Assembly (NCBI RefSeq): GCF_006345805.1
Contig: NC_043001.1
Coordinates: 132,990,001 to 133,054,000, forward strand
Source of the DNA: Octopus sinensis
Lineage: Eukaryota
Length of the DNA stretch: 64,000 nucleotides
Direction of reading: 5' to 3'
Each line of letters begins with the position of its first letter. Position 1 is the stretch's first letter. Shown in pieces: positions 57,313 through 64,000 of the stretch. The notes under the pieces were generated by a model that was not told the DNA's origin, did no database searches, and was given only the letters and a program-made list of their open reading frames with translations. The translations under genes were made by a program, and so were the position numbers.

Positions 57313-57379
57313 AGTATTGAAACCACAACCTTACGATCATGAGTTCATCATCCTAACCACTAAGCCACACGCCTCCACA

Positions 57380-58085
57380 AGCTGACTACTTATGCAGTCG
57401 GGACGGGTAGACAACTTGGAAGCATGCTATACAATAAAGTTTTGTGTTAAACTTGGTAAAAACGTTGCAGAAACTTGTGAAATGCTCAACACTACTGATG
57501 GATTAACTTGTATGAGCTGAGCGTCTGTTTTCCGCTAGCACAAAAGACCAGGTAAAGCAAGTCCATCAGGAAGTTCATGATGATCCCCATTTTTAACAAG
57601 GGCATCATCTACATCCACTGAATTCCCCCTGGCCAGACGGTTAACGAAGATACTTTGTGTAAATTTCGATGGAGTTTAGGGAGTAGATTTTGTCACAAAA
57701 GGCCAAAGTCCTTCCATTCTGGTCGGTGGCTCCTGCACCAGGAAAATGCACCACTCAACAATTCCATTCTTGTAACCAACTACTTGACAGAAATGAGCAT
57801 CAAAACTATCCCCCACTCTTCTTATAGTCCAGACCTTGCACCTTGTAACTTGGTTGCGCCCATCTGATGGAGAAGACGAATGAGGCTGTGACAAAGGTCC
57901 TGGAAACCTTCACTTTGGACCTTCACTTTGGAGGACTTCTATGGGCCTTCACGAAGTTACTGGAGTGCTGCAATAAGTGCATTGGAGTAAGAGGATCATA
58001 CTTTGAAGGAGATTAGAGATTTGTACTTCTTTGAAATTAATGCCCCTCCGGAAAAAGTCTGAAAACTTTTGGAATGTACCTTGTA
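57380..58085 (+). mobile_element. Degenerate mariner transposon
   Basis: IKFCVKLGKNVAETCEML; WLLHQENAP; PHSSYSPDLAPCN; TIR-like end ttttggaatgtaccttgta. Confidence 0.75.
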
Positions 58086-59366
58086 TATAAGTCAAATTTG
58101 CAGATCCACACGTTTAATGATATCCATACTTGCACAAATGCACTGGTGTACACGTGTACATATTTCATAGAAACACGCAGTATACATATCTATCTACACA
58201 TACACACATATACACATATAAATACATAGATACCAACAAACATACAAGTATACAGACGCATACATACACATATATACGCGTACACACACACACACACACA
58301 TACACACACATAAACACACACACACACATGGTGGAAGTCAATTCGTACCCGACTACGACCACTTCTTCGGAGGTCGTTAGTTCCTTGGTTGTTACCAGAG
58401 AAACGCGTAAAGAGAGGACACTTAGTACAGGGTTGCCGGATAATTCCAGAATTAGACAAACTTTACTCAGACCAGCCTTTCTAGGTCCTTCATGATTATT
58501 AAAACTGCTCGGTCACTCGAGGCATTGCTGAATCTCTCCATCGCCAAAGTGTGTTGTCCAAGAAGTTCCTGTGCACAAAATTGAATGTAGTGAGTGAATT
58601 ATTTCTTAGTCTTTCGGCGCGCTGTTTCACCATGTGTATTTCTTTGTCCCTGCGCAATTGGTTGATAGTCGTTGATACCACGTTATCCATCATTATGATA
58701 AGTGTTGTTTCTATGTTCTGCGGGGATCCTAACAACGTTCCTTCCCAAGCGAGCCTGAAGAAGAGCCGTTTCACCCGGCGGCGATTCGACCACATAACAT
58801 ATTGTGTCAAACTACACATTGCTAGTAGCATTCGCGTGAGCGATCTGGCATACATCGCTGAGACCCCCTTCGGTCATGACTGACCATGGGATTGCACCTA
58901 GAAAGTTACCCTCCCAGGCACAAGTCAAGGCAAGGTTGTTTTTATGGAAGACCAGCAGTCGCCCATGCATACTGGACTTCCCTATCTACGCCACTAGTGA
59001 TATCCAAAGGAAAGGTAAAGGCCGATACAGCTTGGCACCCGTGACGTCGGAACTCATTTCTGCAGCTGAGTGAACTGGAGCAACGTGAAATAAAGAGTCT
59101 TGTTCAAGAACACAACACGCAGCCCGGTCCGGGATTCAAACTCACAACCTCGCGATCGTAAGCTCGACGCTCTAACCACTGAACCATGCGCCTTCACTAT
59201 CTGGCATACATACACGCATACATATACGGATATACACGCATACTTACAGTTACACACGTACAAGTACATGTATACGCATACACACATGCATACATACATA
59301 CATACATACATACATACATACATACATACATACATACATACATACATACATACATACGTACATACA

Positions 59367-59965
59367 TAAGCAGTTGTCCGAATATATCACCACGGTATTA
59401 TCTACCGATGAGATATGATGTTGTAGCTAGGACACTCTGTAATCTGTAATGAAATTTGTCGGAAGAATAAACCCGAGGACAAAGAAATAAGAACCCACGG
59501 TTTGGTAGAAGCCATAGCCACTCATAATAAAAAGGAGTACTGGTGGAATGTCCCAGTAAAGACCTTAATAAAATGTAAGCACAACAGACCTGATATAATA
59601 ATTTGGGATAAGGAGAGAAACTGAGCACAGTTGTGGAAATTAGCTGCCCAGCGGATGTTAACATAAAGCTGAAGATCAGTGAAAAAGAGAATATCTACGT
59701 TGAACTCTTGAGAAATCTGCAGTTACTCTATCCTGATTACAAGTTCAGGTTTATACTTATAATTATTGGGGTCCTGGGTTTATGTAATACACTCGCTAAA
59801 TATCAATCTTTAGAAATTAAGCTTCTCAAAACCAGAAAGGAGAAAGCTAATTCGAAGACTACAGTTCCAATCCATCACTGGAACTGTAAAAATTTGTAAA
59901 ACTTTCCAGAAGTTTATCATTTACATATATATGAGCATGTCTAGATATGTAACTATATGCATAAG
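59367..59965 (+). mobile_element. R4/Dong 3' fragment flanked by (CATA)n on both sides
   Basis: SSCPNISPRYYLPMRYDVVA; EISCPADVNIKLKISEKENIYVELLRNLQLLYPDYKF. Confidence 0.85.
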
Positions 59966-60012
59966 AATACATACATAAAGCAAAACATACATACATACAT
60001 ACATACATACAA

Positions 60013-61480
60013 CCGTTGATTGTATTTCTACAAAACCAACGAACGGCGCGTCGTAGTATGAAGAACCATACCATCAAGGTCGTAAAAGCCCCTTCTAAGA
60101 ATGAGCTAAATTCCTTTTGGCGAGAGATCTGGAATGTAAAATAACGACATTAACATGATGCAGTTTGGTTAGATGAGCTACAGAGTGACTATTGCGCAAA
60201 CAATTCTCCCGAAATTTATCATATAAATAGTGAAATTCTCCTGATAATTGCAAAATTCTTCTTAAGCACTCCGTCGGTTACGATGACGAGGGTTCCGGTT
60301 GATCCGAATCAACGGAACAGCCTGCTCGTGAAATTAACGTGTAAGTGGCTGAGCACTCCACAGACACGTGTACCCTTATCGTAGTTCTCGGGGATATTCA
60401 GCGTGACACAGAGAGTGACAAGGCCGGCCCTTTGAAATACAGGTACAACAGAAACAGGAAGTAAGAGTGAGAGAAAGTTGTGGTGAAAAAGTACAGCAGG
60501 GATCACCACCATCCCCTGCCGGAGCCTCGTGGAGCTTAGGTGTTTTCGCTCAATAAACACTCACAACACACGGTCTGGGAATCGAAACCGCGATCCTATG
60601 ACCGCGAGTCCGCTGCCCTAACCACTGGGCTATTGCGCCTCCACACATGCTATTAAAAGACTCACATAGAACACGGAAATATTGAATAAGAACTGAAACT
60701 CCCATTATAGTCACTTACAAAATTAGGATAAGAGTAGGAATATTTCAGGGATATATGAATGGAGTTTGGTTTGGACAAGCATTCATATTAGGAAAGATTA
60801 TCGACTAGGAATATGGATATCAACAGATTGTTCATCTTCCCCATCACCTGTGATGAATATTGCAAATACTTTGGATTCGAACAAACTGTTACATATATTC
60901 ATGTTGTCAAAGCATTAACATAAAGTCTAGAGTGACAAAAGAATACTTCAGCAAACTTAGGGAGACGTGGAAGTCAAAAGCTGTCTGCATTCAATAAAGC
61001 CATTTCCGCAATGCTTTTGCAGTGTTAGTTCTATTACCGACATTTGGTCTGAACTCCTGAAGAGACCCACAACTTGAAAGGGATTAATATCTACAGGTTA
61101 CTTTCATATCGGCAATGACACTGAGAGGCTCTGTTAAACCGAGAGATGGGGACAAAGGCATAAGGTTAGTCTAGACGTTCTTTGAATGGTCGCAACGTAT
61201 TACTTTGTAACAAGTAGTGAGCAGTGGAGACAGAAATAAGTACATCGTGCCTGTACTCAGCAGCGAAAAGAATAGTACCATAAGATTAGGTGAAAAATAC
61301 CTGAATAGGAGCTCCGAGTGTACAGCTGTTCCATATGAAATAAGGTTAGCTACACACAGACTTAACCAGAACCTTAAAGTAGAAATACTCTTCATATCAG
61401 CAGAAAGCTACGCATGGATATATAAGCTGCAAAATTTCTTTGGCTTAAACTTCAATCTGATTCATTTACGTTGCTATTTG
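60013..61480 (+). mobile_element. Old R4/Dong fragment (pre-RT and RT), interrupted by a SINE at 60264-60644
   Basis: PSKNELNSFWREIW..HDAVW; KLSAFNKA..NAFAVLVLLPTFG; FHIGNDTERL. Confidence 0.6.
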
Positions 61481-64000
61481 TTCAAGTGATGTTAGAACCT
61501 GTCTCGCCTCAACATGGGTTATATTTATTGTTGTGAGATCGTCTATGATACCCCTTACTGGCTGTTGTTGGCTGCTTTACCCCGTTCTCGGTCCTTGAAA
61601 TTTTTTATAAGCAGTTATTATTAGGAGGTTAATTCCCATGATGAAAAGAATGGAGGAAATTGTGCAACCAGTTACAATTATCTTCTTCAGGATTCCTACT
61701 AAGTTGTAAAGTAGGTTGTTTCGAAGCGCAACTGGATGCCTTTGAAGTAGCTAGTGACCATTCTCTTAATGTACAGTGGGGTGTGGTTATGATCTAGGAC
61801 TGCATACACTAGCGTAGCTAGAGTGTGTGCCGCCGGGGGTGGCCCTTCCGTTTGCCGTCCACAAAAAAGCACATATTGCCTACAACAATACCTTACAACA
61901 GGATGAAAAGTGCCACCCCGGGCGGACCCCCCCCCCCAGCTTTCCTAGTGACTGCATGTATGATGGCTTGAAGGACTGATCCGCATGCATTGGCCAAACC
62001 TTGCGAAACCCCTGTCATGTCACCTTTGTTTCTTTGGCGTTCCAAATCATTTTGATGATTTTGTTTCAGTCAAATGAAAGTTCTATGTCTACGTCCTGTT
62101 TATTGATATCTTCTCGGTGCATCTTACAGAAGAAATACTTTGGTATTATCTTTATATATAAAAGAGAGGTTGTGTGTCTGTCTACTCCGATTTAGATTCC
62201 TAACTACTCCCACATTTTGCGATGCAGTTTAACCAAAACCGGGTATCTTATAGTCGTGATTCATATCGAGCCCTTCTGGGTATAAGTGCGCGTCTACGAT
62301 GAGTCTACGATTTTAAAAATAATTTACCATCGTTTTTTTCCATTTTAATGCATATTTTTTAATAAAGGGAAGTAACTCTCTAAAAATGTCTACGATGAGT
62401 CAACGATTTAAAAAAAAATTTACCATAATTTTTTTTCCATTTTTAATGCATTTTTTGCTATTTTTTGGCTACAACTCTCTAAAAATGCTTTATAGTTATT
62501 TCCCTTACAAACCCGAGCAACGTCGGGCGATACTGCTAGTTAACTATAAAAAAAAGATTTAAAAAAACGCTTATGGATTAGACAGTTCATAACTCTCTGT
62601 CGCAACGTTTACTTCATGAAAAAAGAAATTTGTTTTTACTCTTTGACTCTTGACCAGTGGCGGTTCGTGTATAGGAACAGCGGAACTGCCACGCCACCTA
62701 TTTCCACTCGATATCATCGATAACATTCAATATAATGAGTCCTTTCTTCTTTAATTCTTTCTTTATACTTGTACGTTATATAATCCTTAAGTGGAGGCGC
62801 AATGGCCCAGTGGTTAGGGCAGCGGACTCGAGGTCATAGGATCGCGGTTTCGATTCCCAAACCGGGCGTTGTGAGTGTTTATTGAGCGAAAACACCTAAA
62901 AGTTCCACGAGGCTCCGGCAGGGATGGTGGTGATCCCTGCTGTACTCTTTCACCACAACTTTCTCTCACTCTTACTTCCTGTTTCTGTTGTACCTGTATT
63001 TCAAAGGGCCGGCCTTGTCACTCTCTGTGTCACGCTGAATATCCCCGAGAACTACGTTAAGGGTGCACGTGTCTGTGGAGTGCTCAGCCACTTACACGTT
63101 AATTTCACGAGCAGGCTGTTCCGTTGATTCGGATCAACCGGAACCCTCATCGTCGTAACCGACGGAGTGCTTCCAAATTATCCTTAAGCTTAATGTCAGT
63201 AGCCATCCACTAGTTAATGAGAAAAATGCAAAAATCCTTGTAAAGAATTGTGTGCTTCACAGTTCCAGCGATGCGGTGTTTGGGTGTTGTGCGCATGTTC
63301 ACATGTCCGAGATAGGAAGCTTCACACGAGGGAGAGAGAGCACTGCGTGAACGACAGTGCCGGGTGAATGGTGGTGTTTCTTTTTGACTCCGTGTGTGTT
63401 GTGCTTAAAACGTGCCTGTATTCTTGAATGTAATAAGTGTAGGATTAGATTATTATCCTGCTTCCAGCTTCAGTGTTGCTTCTAGGATTTGAAAAGTAGC
63501 CCCCCCCCCATTTTGTGATTTAGTGGGGATTTTTTAAAAACAAGGAGTAATCCGCGGCGAAGTTCAGTGAACAAATTAAACAGACTACCCAGCAGTGGCT
63601 AAAACGCGAACCAATCAAGTTTATGTATAAATTTTCTTTTATACGTTTGTTTCCTTTTATATAATACTAGCAGAATAGCCCGGCGTTGCCCGGGTATGTA
63701 AGAGCCCCTAGTAGGCAACGACTAATCCCAATCTAGTTCTTTCCCTCTAGGGAACGAAGGCGCATGTGTAGGATGCAATGTCTTCTCTTCACTCGAATAC
63801 TTCTATGTATACGATGTTCCTAGCTGTCTCCCGATTGCAAGTTGCGAAAACTACAACAGAAAATGTGTTGCATATGAAAAGCTTAGATTCTCGACCCCAT
63901 GTCGAATTTATCTATTTTTTTTCAGAACTGGGGGAACTTTTCAAAATTTTCGCTGCATTAGTTTTGAATTATGGCATTGGGCTATGTGTGTGTCAAGTTT

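Noticed and set aside
33469-64000. A second host gene downstream of PSMD2
   Set aside because: No ORF or exon-like segment that I could not assign to a transposon or simple repeat; small exons of a large gene cannot be excluded without RNA data.

Overview
AT-rich, repeat-dense animal genomic DNA, most likely an octopus (inferred from the SINE/LINE repertoire; not verifiable here). The first half (1674-33468, + strand) holds the last 19 coding exons of PSMD2/Rpn1 (26S proteasome regulatory subunit 2); its 5' exons lie upstream of the window. The exons join in frame into 803 codons plus TAG, and the last intron is a textbook U12-type (minor) GT-AG intron. The second half has no recognisable host gene and consists of transposon debris: several tRNA-derived SINE families, RTE, CR1, Tx1 and R4/Dong LINE fragments, mariner, piggyBac, Merlin-like and Helitron-like DNA elements, a solo LTR and microsatellites. 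Nearly all ORFs in the supplied track are SINE or microsatellite artefacts. Best leads: (1) minimal hammerhead-ribozyme motifs in Penelope-like repeats, including a tRNA-headed, TSD-flanked ~255-bp element carrying one, and an 84-bp-arm palindrome carrying one per strand; (2) the U12 intron with an inverted SINE pair inside it; (3) a compensated +1/-1 frameshift and several Asn codons at conserved Asp/Ser sites in PSMD2 (candidate restorative A-to-I editing); (4) a same-strand cluster of R4/Dong elements embedded in (TACA)n. Family names and orthologue comparisons are from memory, not from database searches.
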